Source: Oscillospiraceae bacterium | Lineage (GTDB): Bacteria; Bacillota; Clostridia; Oscillospirales; Ruminococcaceae | Direction of reading: 5' to 3' | DNA length: 64,000 nt | NCBI GenBank assembly: GCA_017829005.1 | Contig: JAGAJF010000148.1 | Location: 838 to 64,837 of the forward strand | Shown here: piece by piece, positions 1 through 8,734 of the stretch | Numbering within the stretch: position 1 is the stretch's first letter | Layout: the number at the start of each line of letters is the position of its first letter | Program-made: the position numbers and the translations under genes | Notes under the pieces: generated by a model | The model's input: the letters and a program-made list of their open reading frames with translations, nothing else | The model's database searches: none | Told to the model about the DNA's origin: nothing

Positions 1-1
1 A

Positions 2-1771
2 AACGATGAAAAAATAAGTGAAAATACAGAAAATGCGGAAAAGATAGACCCGAAGCTGTGGGAGATCATACACAAAGCCGTAATGCTGAAGTCAGCTGAC
101 AGATATCAGAACGTTTTTGAACTGAGAAACGATCTGTCGGGACTGTCCCTGACTGCCATGCCAATAATCGAGCCGATAGAGCAGCAGGATACAGCGATCC
201 CCTTCGGAGTAACGGCGCAGCCCTATACGGCAACCGCAAGGCGGACGACAAATACTGCCGCCCCGGAAGATAATAGAACTGTCCCCCTGACAGATCCTTC
301 CGTTACCGTTCCTTTGAAAGATGCTTCCGTTACTGTCCCCCTGACAGATCCTTCCATTACCGTTCCTCTTACAGATGATCCATTTACTGTTCCACTGACG
401 TCATCGGTTACGAGCGCTCCCTCTTCTCCCGTTAATAAGCCAAAGGGACACAAAAAGCTTGTTTATGGGGCAGGCATTGCGGCAATTCTTCTTGTGGGTG
501 TATTCTCCGGTATCCTGCTTTCAAAAACAAACGATACCGACATTGAGACAGAAACCACTCAGTCGGAAACCACTCAGTCGGAAACGAGCGAGTCCTCGGA
601 TAATGCTTCCATCGACTCCCAAGAGGAAGAAACAAAGCAGGATAATGATGTAACGCAAGAGACCTCCGTTATAACGGAGGAAGCAGAGCTGCCTGTTACT
701 GCACCAAAAGAAACCGAGCCGAAGGTCACCGAGCCGCCTGTTACCACACCGAAAGTGACCGAGCCCAAGGTCACCCAGCCGCCTGTTACTGCACCGAAAG
801 TGACCGAGCCGAAGGTCACCCAGCCGCCTGTTACCACGCCGAAAGTGACCGAGCCGAAGGTCACCGAACCGCCTGTTACTGCGCCGAAAGTGACCGAGCC
901 GAAGGTCACCCAGCCGCCTGTTACTGCGCCGAAAGTGACCGAGCCCAAGGTCACCCAGCCGCCTGTTACTGCGCCGAAAGTGACCGAGCCTGCTGTTCCT
1001 GCCGTTCCCGATAAGATATCCATAGGCGGAAAAAGCTATAAGACAAGTATGACGGGCACTCTTGATCTCAGCGGAAAGAATCTTAAAAACAGCGATATAG
1101 CAGATCTGAAATATATGACTGATCTGAGCGAGATAATCCTCAGCAATAATATGCTTACAGATCTTTCGGCGCTGAGCGGACTTACAAAGCTTGAAAAGCT
1201 GACCTTCCACAACAACCATGTAAGCAACCTGTCATTTACGGCAAATATGAAAAGCCTTAAGAACATAGGTGCTGAAAACAACGGTATTACAAGCGTTTCC
1301 GATCTGTCACAGCTTACAAAGCTGGAAGAACTATGGTTTGCCGGAAACGGCATAAAGGATATTTCGCCATTGGAGAACTGCGTCAATATGAAAAAGCTCA
1401 GCCTTACGAACAATCCCATAGGCGATATTTCAGCACTTTACGGAATGAAAAAGCTTACGGAGGTTCAGCTGGGAAACTGCGATATAGACAACATAAATGC
1501 TCTGAGCAACTGCAAAATGCTCGAGATCGTTTATGTTTATGACAACAACATTACCGATCTTACGCCCCTTGCGAGCTGCAAAAAACTTGCTCAGCTGTAT
1601 GCTTTTAATAACAGGCTGAACGGTGATCTGGACGCACTGAAGGGTCTTACCATTCTTGAGTATCTGGAGATCGGAAATAACGGCTACAGCGGGTTCAACA
1701 AAATGAATGAATTTTTCAGCACCGAGATATACACCGATGATGACGGATTTCAATATGTATATAGTTACTGA
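2..1771 (+). CDS. Membrane Ser/Thr protein kinase (N-terminus outside window): end of kinase C-lobe, Thr-rich juxtamembrane repeats, one TM, Pro/Thr stalk, internalin-type LRR ectodomain
   Basis: Frame is open from base 2 (NDEKISENTENAEKIDPKLWEIIHKAVMLKSADRYQNVFEL), matching the I..KA....DRYQ end of Hanks kinases. TM LVYGAGIAAILLVGVFSGILL. LRR units LxxLxLxxNxIxDLSxL. Confidence 0.8.
   Translation, partial: NDEKISENTENAEKIDPKLWEIIHKAVMLKSADRYQNVFELRNDLSGLSLTAMPIIEPIEQQDTAIPFGVTAQPYTATARRTTNTAAPEDNRTVPLTDPSVTVPLKDASVTVPLTDPSITVPLTDDPFTVPLTSSVTSAPSSPVNKPKGHKKLVYGAGIAAILLVGVFSGILLSKTNDTDIETETTQSETTQSETSESSDNASIDSQEEETKQDNDVTQETSVITEEAELPVTAPKETEPKVTEPPVTTPKVTEPKVTQPPVTAPKVTEPKVTQPPVTTPKVTEPKVTEPPVTAPKVTEPKVTQPPVTAPKVTEPKVTQPPVTAPKVTEPAVPAVPDKISIGGKSYKTSMTGTLDLSGKNLKNSDIADLKYMTDLSEIILSNNMLTDLSALSGLTKLEKLTFHNNHVSNLSFTANMKSLKNIGAENNGITSVSDLSQLTKLEELWFAGNGIKDISPLENCVNMKKLSLTNNPIGDISALYGMKKLTEVQLGNCDIDNINALSNCKMLEIVYVYDNNITDLTPLASCKKLAQLYAFNNRLNGDLDALKGLTILEYLEIGNNGYSGFNKMNEFFSTEIYTDDDGFQYVYSY
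278..400 (+). repeat. Five ~27-bp coding repeats (TVPLTDPSV-like) in the cytoplasmic juxtamembrane segment
   Basis: RTVPLTDPSVTVPLKDASVTVPLTDPSITVPLTDDPFTVPLT. Confidence 0.9.
692..991 (+). repeat. 45-bp coding tandem repeat (PVTAPKVTEPKVTQP), about 6.7 copies, extracellular stalk
   Basis: Units start at 692, 737, 782, 827, 872, 917, 962; near-identical at the DNA level. Confidence 0.95.
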
Positions 1772-1777
1772 TATATG

Positions 1778-1820
1778 AAAAGCTTCTGCGGTATGGTCAG
1801 GTCATACCGCAGAAGCTTTT
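1778..1820. terminator. Bidirectional intrinsic terminator between the convergent kinases
   Basis: Perfect 18-bp stem aaaagcttctgcggtatg / cataccgcagaagctttt. Confidence 0.9.
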
Positions 1821-3725
1821 TCAGTATCTGATGATCTCATAGCTCATATCCTCAGTGTTATCGGATATGACTGTGCTTTCGGGAAGATAAAGGGTGAATA
1901 CACATTCCCGCCTTGCTTTTGTTTCGTTCACCCAGACATAGTCCTGCATAGGACAGTTATGGAATGCAAAGGCGCTTATGACCTCGACCCCCTCACTGAC
2001 AGTGACCTTCTCAAGCGATCTTATGCCCGAAAATGCGTCGTGTTCTATCTTCTTTACGGTGGAGGGTATGATTTTTTCCACAGTGGACATATCCTCTTCA
2101 ATGTTGGGCGGAAGATAGCTCATATATGGTCCGTCATCCTCCGAATAGGGCTTGCCGTTAAAGGTATAGGGCTTTATCACCTTAACGCCTGCGGGTATAT
2201 TGAAGGACCGCAGATTGCACAGCATAAATGCCCCCTCTCCAAGATATTCCACAGTATCGGGCATAATTATCTTTTCAAGCCTTGCGTTTCCCGCAAAGCA
2301 TTGGTCACCGATGTACCTTACTTTTTCGCCCATATTGACCGTGCGCAGCTTTTCACAGCTCATAAAGGCTTCCATGCCGATATATTCCACATTTTTTCCA
2401 AGGCTTGCCGTTTCAAGAGAGGAGCACATCAGAAATGCGGAGGGCTGTATCACCTTTACGCTGTCGGGTATGGTCACGCTTGTGATCTTTTTAAAGGCAA
2501 AAGCACTGTCGGCTATTTCTGTTACTGGCAGACCGTCAATTTCATTGGGAATGACTGCCTCTGTATCATTTCCCTCATAGCTTGTTATTACGATATGGTC
2601 GGCGTAAATGTCATACCCAAACAGAAAGCCCTCGCTTATGTCCGAGCCTGTATATCCCTCGTCGGAAGAAGCATATTCTGCTTCAAGGGACAGCCGAAGC
2701 TCTTCTGTGCCGTAATCATAATCGGGGTCTGTATCATTTTCCGAAACATCTGATGTATCGGAAATGAGCTTGCTCTCTGACGTTACAAATGAGGTTTCCG
2801 TCAGCTCTGACGGTTCATTTTCAGGGACATCGGCTTCGGAAAATACGGTTTGCTCATCGGTAATGGGAGCAGTAAATGTCTGTTCGGTCTCTGTGATAAC
2901 GGGAGCGGAGGTCTCGGCAGAACTTTCTGCAGTTTCCTGCACGTAAACCGCTGCCGTTTCAAAAGACTCCGCTGCAGAAGGCTCAGTTATACTATTTTGT
3001 GAAATGCACACAGCCGTGACCACAATGGCTGCTGCCGCAATAACAGCGCATATTTTTGAGGGCTGTGAGATTTTTAAAAGAAATTCTATCTGCTTACAGC
3101 TTTTAAATCTTTTATCGGGGTCAAAGCTTGTACAGCGGGATATGATATACCCCACGGGAAAACGTTCCCTGTTTTCAAAAACAAGTCTCAGGGTCTGCCC
3201 CAGCGCAAAAATATCCGTCCTGAAATCCGTCTGGGCATAGCCGTACTGCTCGGGGGCGGCAAAGCCTTCGGTGCCGAGACAAACGGTGTCCTTGTCCATT
3301 TCCTCCTTGAAAAGTCTGGCGGAGCTCATATCAACTATTTTAAGGCAGCCGCTCCCGTCAAGCATAATGTTTGAGGGCTTGATATCACGGTGTATTATGC
3401 CCAGCATATGCAGTCCGTCTACCGCTCTGCAAAGCTGCACCGCTGCCCGAACAGCTTCCTTATAGGATAAGGACAGCTCCTGCAATGTCTTTCCCTCGAT
3501 GTATTCCTCAAATATTTCAAGGGATTTCTGCCCCTGTTCATTTTCGGATATCACGTTGATTTCGTATATCTTCGGGATATATCTGCATTCGGCGGCTTTC
3601 AGCTTTTCATATACCTTCGGGTCGGAGCATAATTCCTTGCATACAGCCCTGCCGCCATCAGACCTCTCACAGAGCCATACTATGCTCTGCCGAGACTTAT
3701 GTATAACAGAAATTTTCTTGTACAT
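1821..3725 (-). CDS. Membrane Ser/Thr protein kinase with BspA-type (LRR_5) ectodomain
   Basis: HRDIKPSNI, GTEGFAAPEQYG, TDFRTDIFALG; TM ICAVIAAAAIVVTAVCI; repeats IPDSVKVI..SAF..C.SL. Start moved to ATG 3725 (MYKK) because the longer ORF start overlaps the -10 box. DFG position reads DMS. Confidence 0.85.
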   Translation of the reverse strand: MYKKISVIHKSRQSIVWLCERSDGGRAVCKELCSDPKVYEKLKAAECRYIPKIYEINVISENEQGQKSLEIFEEYIEGKTLQELSLSYKEAVRAAVQLCRAVDGLHMLGIIHRDIKPSNIMLDGSGCLKIVDMSSARLFKEEMDKDTVCLGTEGFAAPEQYGYAQTDFRTDIFALGQTLRLVFENRERFPVGYIISRCTSFDPDKRFKSCKQIEFLLKISQPSKICAVIAAAAIVVTAVCISQNSITEPSAAESFETAAVYVQETAESSAETSAPVITETEQTFTAPITDEQTVFSEADVPENEPSELTETSFVTSESKLISDTSDVSENDTDPDYDYGTEELRLSLEAEYASSDEGYTGSDISEGFLFGYDIYADHIVITSYEGNDTEAVIPNEIDGLPVTEIADSAFAFKKITSVTIPDSVKVIQPSAFLMCSSLETASLGKNVEYIGMEAFMSCEKLRTVNMGEKVRYIGDQCFAGNARLEKIIMPDTVEYLGEGAFMLCNLRSFNIPAGVKVIKPYTFNGKPYSEDDGPYMSYLPPNIEEDMSTVEKIIPSTVKKIEHDAFSGIRSLEKVTVSEGVEVISAFAFHNCPMQDYVWVNETKARRECVFTLYLPESTVISDNTEDMSYEIIRY

Positions 3726-3764
3726 AGGCTTGCCGTCCCTGTTTACAAAGTTTACTTTAATGAT

Positions 3765-3836
3765 ATTATACCACAGCACAGGGGTGAAGTCAATCCGAAG
3801 AAAATACTTGACAATTCCGTCACGGCGTGCTATAAT
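3765..3836. promoter_or_regulatory. Back-to-back sigmaA promoters (minus: kinase; plus: rsgA leader)
   Basis: Minus TTGACT(3793-3788)-17-TATAAT(3770-3765); plus TTGACA(3808-3813)-17-TATAAT(3831-3836); both have TGn extension. Confidence 0.85.
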
Positions 3837-3885
3837 AAATAAAATCTTTCTTTCGGGGAAGAAAAAATGAAAGGAGCTGTTTTTG

Positions 3886-3918
3886 ATGACTGTTATATTT
3901 GAGGCGGCAGCTTATTAA
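3886..3918 (+). CDS. Putative leader peptide uORF1 MTVIFEAAAY
   Basis: AAAGGAG SD 9 nt upstream; lies between promoter and attenuator hairpin. Confidence 0.55.
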   Translation: MTVIFEAAAY

Positions 3919-4008
3919 CCGAATATCGGGGCTGAAAATTTTCTGAGGGGCTTTATGCCTTTGATTTTCTGCGCCCAAATGAGCCTTTTCGTGAGTAAGA
4001 AAAATTTC

Positions 4009-4036
4009 TGCACACCAAAGGGGTGTGTATTTTTTT
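4009..4036 (+). terminator. Attenuator-type terminator inside the rsgA leader
   Basis: tgcacacc-aaagg-ggtgtgta stem followed by T7. Confidence 0.65.
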
Positions 4037-4079
4037 ACCATTTTGCGAAAAATGCCGCCGTGAAAGGAGATGTTGTACT

Positions 4080-4169
4080 ATGAAAAAAATTTACGAAGCA
4101 GCAAGCATTAAACATTACGGAGGTAATACAAATGAATTTTACAACAGATATGAGAGACTACGGATATAA
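4080..4169 (+). CDS. Putative leader peptide uORF2 MKKIYEAASIKHYGGNTNEFYNRYERLRI, overlapping rsgA SD and start
   Basis: AAAGGAG SD 10 nt upstream; shares I-(F/Y)-EAA with uORF1. Confidence 0.5.
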   Translation: MKKIYEAASIKHYGGNTNEFYNRYERLRI

Positions 4170-5202
4170 GGGCAGCAAAATTATCGACGAAAAGCACATT
4201 CCCGCAAGGATAACCGCCGTTCACAGGGAACGCTTTGAAGCGGTATGCGGCTACGGACAGGTAAGCGCAAGGATAAAAACGGGAGCCTACAAGGACGGCT
4301 TGACCGAATATCCCACAGCAGGAGATTTTGTCTCCATCGAATATAATCCCATCGGCGACAGCCTTATTGCCGATACCCTGCCCAGAAGCTCGTTTTTCTC
4401 ACGCAAGGACCCCACCCCGGGACGTGGAGAACAGGCGGTGGCAGCCAATTTTGACTATGTTTTTATTATGCAGTCCTTAAATCACGACCTTAATCTCAGG
4501 CGTATGGAACGATATCTGACCCTTTCGTGGCAGTCGGGAGCAATACCCGTGATACTGCTTACAAAGGCGGATATTTCGGATAATATAAGCGGTGCCGTAC
4601 GGGATATCTCAAAAGCGGCTGCGGGAGCGGATATCATTCCCGTAAGCTCGAAAACCGGCTATGGTCTTGACAGGCTGGGGGATTATATATGCCCCCGAAA
4701 GACCGCTGTGTTCCTCGGCTCCTCGGGAGTGGGAAAATCCAGCCTTGTAAATGCTCTTGCAGGTGAGGAGATAATGAACGTGAACGGCATAAGAGAGGAC
4801 GACAGCAAGGGCAGGCACACCACCACCCACCGCCAGCTTGTGCTTCTCAAAAGCGGAGCTATGATAATCGACACTCCGGGTATGAGAGAGCTTGGAATGT
4901 GGGACGCCGCCGAGGGCATTTCCACAGCCTTTGAAGATGTGGAGAAGCTTGCCTCTATGTGCAGATTTTCCGACTGCCGCCACGAGAATGAGCCGGGCTG
5001 TGCGGTAAGGGCAGCTATTGAACGGGGAGAGCTTTCCGAGGAACGTCTTCTGAGCTACAAAAAGCTTGCTTCCGAATCGGAATCCAATGACAAGCAGGAT
5101 ATGCTCAGAAAAAAGCGTGAGAAGTTCAAGGACATTGCTCTCCAAAACAAAAACCGCCGAAAGACCGAAAGGCGTTTCGGCGGGAAGAATGAGTACAGAT
5201 AA
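4132..5202 (+). CDS. rsgA: Ribosome small subunit-dependent GTPase A (long ~350-aa form)
   Basis: Circularly permuted GTPase: TKAD, GSSGVGKSS, GRHTT, DTPG; Zn finger CRFSDCRHENEPGC. Confidence 0.92.
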   Translation: MNFTTDMRDYGYKGSKIIDEKHIPARITAVHRERFEAVCGYGQVSARIKTGAYKDGLTEYPTAGDFVSIEYNPIGDSLIADTLPRSSFFSRKDPTPGRGEQAVAANFDYVFIMQSLNHDLNLRRMERYLTLSWQSGAIPVILLTKADISDNISGAVRDISKAAAGADIIPVSSKTGYGLDRLGDYICPRKTAVFLGSSGVGKSSLVNALAGEEIMNVNGIREDDSKGRHTTTHRQLVLLKSGAMIIDTPGMRELGMWDAAEGISTAFEDVEKLASMCRFSDCRHENEPGCAVRAAIERGELSEERLLSYKKLASESESNDKQDMLRKKREKFKDIALQNKNRRKTERRFGGKNEYR

Positions 5203-5249
5203 GGGCAGAGCTTCCTTCTTTTAACAATAATAAAAATTACCCATAGCTG

Positions 5250-5278
5250 TTGACAAATCCGCTGTTTGGCTGTATAAT
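5250..5278 (+). promoter_or_regulatory. sigmaA promoter
   Basis: TTGACA-17-TATAAT. Confidence 0.85.
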
Positions 5279-5329
5279 AAATACAGTAAATGTAATAGCT
5301 TGAACAGGCTAAAATACGCAATATATTCT

Positions 5330-5357
5330 AAAGCCTTGCTTTTTGCAAGGCTTTTTT
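5330..5357 (+). terminator. Intrinsic terminator ~50 nt downstream of the promoter, upstream of the radical SAM gene
   Basis: aaagccttgc-ttttt-gcaaggcttt followed by ttt. Confidence 0.75.
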
Positions 5358-5406
5358 GGTATAACCTTCCCGTCAAGCACATTCACGAAAGGGCGTAAGC
5401 AAGAAC

Positions 5407-6345
5407 ATGGAAAACCCCTTCCCCTATACCGATACCAACAAACGCTACCACACCCAGAGCTATTATCTGAAAAATAGATTTGGCTGCAAGGTGATGAAAA
5501 TATCCTTAAACTGCGGCTTTACCTGCCCGAATATCGACGGCACAAAGGGCGTTGGCGGCTGTACCTACTGCCTTGAGGGCAGCGGCGAATTTGCAGGCTC
5601 TCCCTGTATGACCGTTACCGAACAGTTTGAAGCGGTGAAGCAGGCAATGAACAGAAAATGGAGCGAGGGGCTTTACATTCCCTATTTTCAGGCAGGCACC
5701 AACACCTACGGCTCTGCCGAAAAAATTCGCTCTATGACCGAGGAGGCGCTGGGGCTTGAAAATGTTGTTGGCATTGCCATATCCACCCGTCCCGACTGCA
5801 TTTCGGACAGCGTGCTTGATATACTGAGCGATTTAAATGACCGCACCTATCTTACGGTGGAGCTGGGGCTTCAGACCGTTCACGACGCAACAGCCGCAAG
5901 GATAAACCGATGTCACACCTACGGGGACTTCCTCGGCTGCTGCGAAAGGCTTTTTAAAAGAAATATCAATGTCTGCGTTCATCTTATAAACGGACTGCCG
6001 GGGGAAAGCTTCGATATGATGCTCACATCTGCCCGTGAGATGTCCCGCCTGCCCCTTCACAGCATAAAGCTTCATCTTCTGCATATACTCAAGGGGACGG
6101 TCATGGGAGAGCAGTATCTCAGGGGAGAGATAACTCCTCTTACTCTTGAGGAATACGTTCATATCGTCTGCGAGCAGATAAAGCTTTTCCCCCCCGAGCT
6201 GATAATACAGCGTGTAACGGGAGACGGCGGACGGGACGTGCTTCTTGCGCCCGAATGGAGCCTTAAAAAATTTACGGTAATGAACGAGATAGACAAGACC
6301 TTTGCCCGTGAGGGAAGCTATCAGGGAATAAACTACCGAAAATAA
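5407..6345 (+). CDS. TIGR01212-family radical SAM protein (YtqA/YhcC-like)
   Basis: GFTCPNIDG...GGCTYC, YFQAGTNTY, STRPDC, ELGLQT, IKLHLLH. Confidence 0.9.
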   Translation: MENPFPYTDTNKRYHTQSYYLKNRFGCKVMKISLNCGFTCPNIDGTKGVGGCTYCLEGSGEFAGSPCMTVTEQFEAVKQAMNRKWSEGLYIPYFQAGTNTYGSAEKIRSMTEEALGLENVVGIAISTRPDCISDSVLDILSDLNDRTYLTVELGLQTVHDATAARINRCHTYGDFLGCCERLFKRNINVCVHLINGLPGESFDMMLTSAREMSRLPLHSIKLHLLHILKGTVMGEQYLRGEITPLTLEEYVHIVCEQIKLFPPELIIQRVTGDGGRDVLLAPEWSLKKFTVMNEIDKTFAREGSYQGINYRK

Positions 6346-6357
6346 AGGAGAATTTCT

Positions 6358-6741
6358 GTGGAAAAGGAATACAAGGGAACGCTTTTCAAGCTATTGATGA
6401 CCCTTTCGTTTTTATCGGGGGCAATTGCCTTCTTTTTCGCTCTTATGTATGCGCCGGAGCCGCTTTGCAAGGTTGGCTTCGGGGTGATGATGCTTTTTTC
6501 TCTCCTGTGCGCTGTGGGGATAAATGGGTTGGACGCATCGGCGGCGGCTTATTTCAGATTTTCCACAAAGCTTGCGGTGGTGGTGTTCCCCCTTTCGGTA
6601 AACGGCGGTTCACTGGCTGCGGCTATACTGCTTATGAAGGATAAAGGCATGGCGGCAGTGATAACGCTCATTGCCGCCTGCGCCCTGTCGGTCATATCCT
6701 CCTCGGTGCTGGTGAGGAGATATATGGAGGACGATTTCTGA
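6358..6741 (+). CDS. Small four-TM membrane protein, unknown function
   Basis: GTG start with AAAGGAG SD; four hydrophobic segments. Confidence 0.7.
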   Translation: MEKEYKGTLFKLLMTLSFLSGAIAFFFALMYAPEPLCKVGFGVMMLFSLLCAVGINGLDASAAAYFRFSTKLAVVVFPLSVNGGSLAAAILLMKDKGMAAVITLIAACALSVISSSVLVRRYMEDDF

Positions 6742-6752
6742 TACCAAATAAC

Positions 6753-6788
6753 AAATGCTCTCCCTGTGCAGTCGGGGAGAGCATTTTT
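6753..6788. terminator. Bidirectional terminator
   Basis: aaatgctctccc / gggagagcattt. Confidence 0.85.
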
Positions 6789-6794
6789 CATATG

Positions 6795-8174
6795 TTATGA
6801 TAAATTGTCACTAAGTTTCAGAATGGGATCACCCTTTGCAATGCTGTGATCGACATAACCATCGCTCTGTCTCATATCAAAATACAGCCCGTCAAGGCGG
6901 TCGCTGTCGGCAATAAAGGCAAGGCGTATCTTAACGCTTTCATCGGGAGCGATACTCACGCTGTTTTTGTCGCATTTGCCCGAAGCGGCATAATAGCTGA
7001 ATGGTGAATCGTCCGTATCAAGACGATCGGTAACGGTATAGCTGTAGAAACAGTCATCATAATGAGAAGGGCTTTCCGTTTTTCCGTCTGACACAAGGAA
7101 CATTTTGGGGCATATCCACAATCCACGTTCGGTTTCCGAGGTATTTCTGCCCGTAAGCTCCATTACAATTACCTTTCGTGTAACGGCTTCACGGCTTATC
7201 TCGCTGTCAAGGGAGTTTATTCCGTCTCCGTATTTTATAAGAATACGTTCATCGGAAATAATGCCGTTTTCATCAAGATATCTGCTGTAGTCCTCGGGTC
7301 TGCCGATGCAGTCGGTGTCAATGCCTTCAAAATTATCCTGCACCGTAATGCCGTCAAGGGTCACTTCTAAGCCGTCTCCCCAGTCAAAGGTATCTCCCAC
7401 AGAGCAGAGGTCCATTTTGGTAATATCGGCGCTTTCCTCATTTGCAGGAGAGTTAGCGGGAGCATAGGACACCTCTGCAGGTCTCCATATGCCTGCGGTC
7501 TCGGTTTCTGAGGGAACAAGCGAAAGCCCGTCAGCTATCTTTTTAATTTCCTCGGTGTCAAAGCCGTTTGCGTAAATAAGCGCCGCATAGCTTGTGTCGG
7601 GGAAGAACACCCACAGTTGGTCATAGCCCCTGTCACGCCCAATTATATGAGCTTCTGCGCCGTTTTTTGCGGTAAAGGACTGCTCTGCGGTGGCGTAGCG
7701 CACAGACTCGTGAAAGCTTTCGGGATCATTTATCCTGTAAAAACAGGGTGTGATACCCTTTTCGCCCTCGGGGTCGGTGATGTCCTTGTATTTCCCTGCA
7801 TAGGGACCATTCTCGTTATAGACCATTCCTTCGGGTACATAGCCGATATTCAGAGACATAAACTTATTTTCGCTTTCGACAGCTTCCGACTGTATAACGT
7901 GAAGCTCTACCTCGTATTCCGCTGTGCGTTCAAGATATGAGCGGTAAAGCCTGTCAGCGGCAACAGCGGCGGCGGGTATCATAAGAGCGGCTGCAACGGA
8001 GAATGTTATAACGGCAGATAATTTTATATTCTTTCTTTTCCTTCCCGCAGAAGCGATGACCGCCGCTCTGCGCCGTTTGTAGCTTTCGGAAAAAACGGGG
8101 TCGGGAGCCTTCTCGGAGAAGGCGTATTCCACTATCTCCTCCCATTCCTTTTCTGTGTAGGGTCCATTGTTCAT
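6795..8174 (-). CDS. Single-pass anti-sigma factor (DUF4367-like) with large extracellular domain
   Basis: Directly follows ECF sigma; short cytoplasmic N-terminus (FSESYKRR), one TM, then IGYVPEGM motif. Confidence 0.7.
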   Translation of the reverse strand: MNNGPYTEKEWEEIVEYAFSEKAPDPVFSESYKRRRAAVIASAGRKRKNIKLSAVITFSVAAALMIPAAAVAADRLYRSYLERTAEYEVELHVIQSEAVESENKFMSLNIGYVPEGMVYNENGPYAGKYKDITDPEGEKGITPCFYRINDPESFHESVRYATAEQSFTAKNGAEAHIIGRDRGYDQLWVFFPDTSYAALIYANGFDTEEIKKIADGLSLVPSETETAGIWRPAEVSYAPANSPANEESADITKMDLCSVGDTFDWGDGLEVTLDGITVQDNFEGIDTDCIGRPEDYSRYLDENGIISDERILIKYGDGINSLDSEISREAVTRKVIVMELTGRNTSETERGLWICPKMFLVSDGKTESPSHYDDCFYSYTVTDRLDTDDSPFSYYAASGKCDKNSVSIAPDESVKIRLAFIADSDRLDGLYFDMRQSDGYVDHSIAKGDPILKLSDNLS

Positions 8175-8178
8175 ATTA

Positions 8179-8694
8179 TCACCTATCCTTTAAATTCGTA
8201 ATAATGTTTTTTCTTGCACGTTCAAAGCGTTTTCTTGCGGCGGCTTCGGATATGGACAGCTTTCCTGCTATCTCCTTATATGAAGCGCCTGTTTCTCCTC
8301 TGAGACGGACAATCTCCCTGTCCTCGGAGCTGAGCTTACAAAGCTCATTATCAAGCAGTTCTCTTGTTTCACCCGAGGATATTTCGGAAAGTGTGCCGCC
8401 CTTGTCGGATATAGCTTCGTTAAGCTCGGTAATTTTTTCACGCTGATTTTTTCTGTATCTGCTTATGGCGGCATTTTTCACCGTCTTTATCACATACTGC
8501 CTTGTCTCGGGGCTTTCGGGAGCGGAAAGCTTGTCAATATGAGCGATAAGCCTGCAGAAGGAGTCCGAAACTGCGTCCTCCGCCTGATGATGATCTTTCA
8601 GCACCGCATAGGCTATGTGATACATAGGTCTTTCGTACAGTCTGTAAAGCTCTGCGGCTTTTTCCCCTGCATCCGTCATTTTTCTGACCTTCAA
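8179..8694 (-). CDS. ECF RNA polymerase sigma factor
   Basis: Region 2 DHHQAEDAVSDSF; region 4 SYKEIAGKLSISEAAARKRFERARK. Confidence 0.9.
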   Translation of the reverse strand: MKVRKMTDAGEKAAELYRLYERPMYHIAYAVLKDHHQAEDAVSDSFCRLIAHIDKLSAPESPETRQYVIKTVKNAAISRYRKNQREKITELNEAISDKGGTLSEISSGETRELLDNELCKLSSEDREIVRLRGETGASYKEIAGKLSISEAAARKRFERARKNIITNLKDR

Positions 8695-8734
8695 GTAAGT
8701 TCACCTCTTTGTTTTTTGAAACGTTTCATATAAT

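Noticed and set aside
692-991. 45-bp tandem repeats as a possible CRISPR array
   Set aside because: No unique spacers, the repeats are in frame within a CDS encoding a Pro/Thr stalk, and there are no cas genes.
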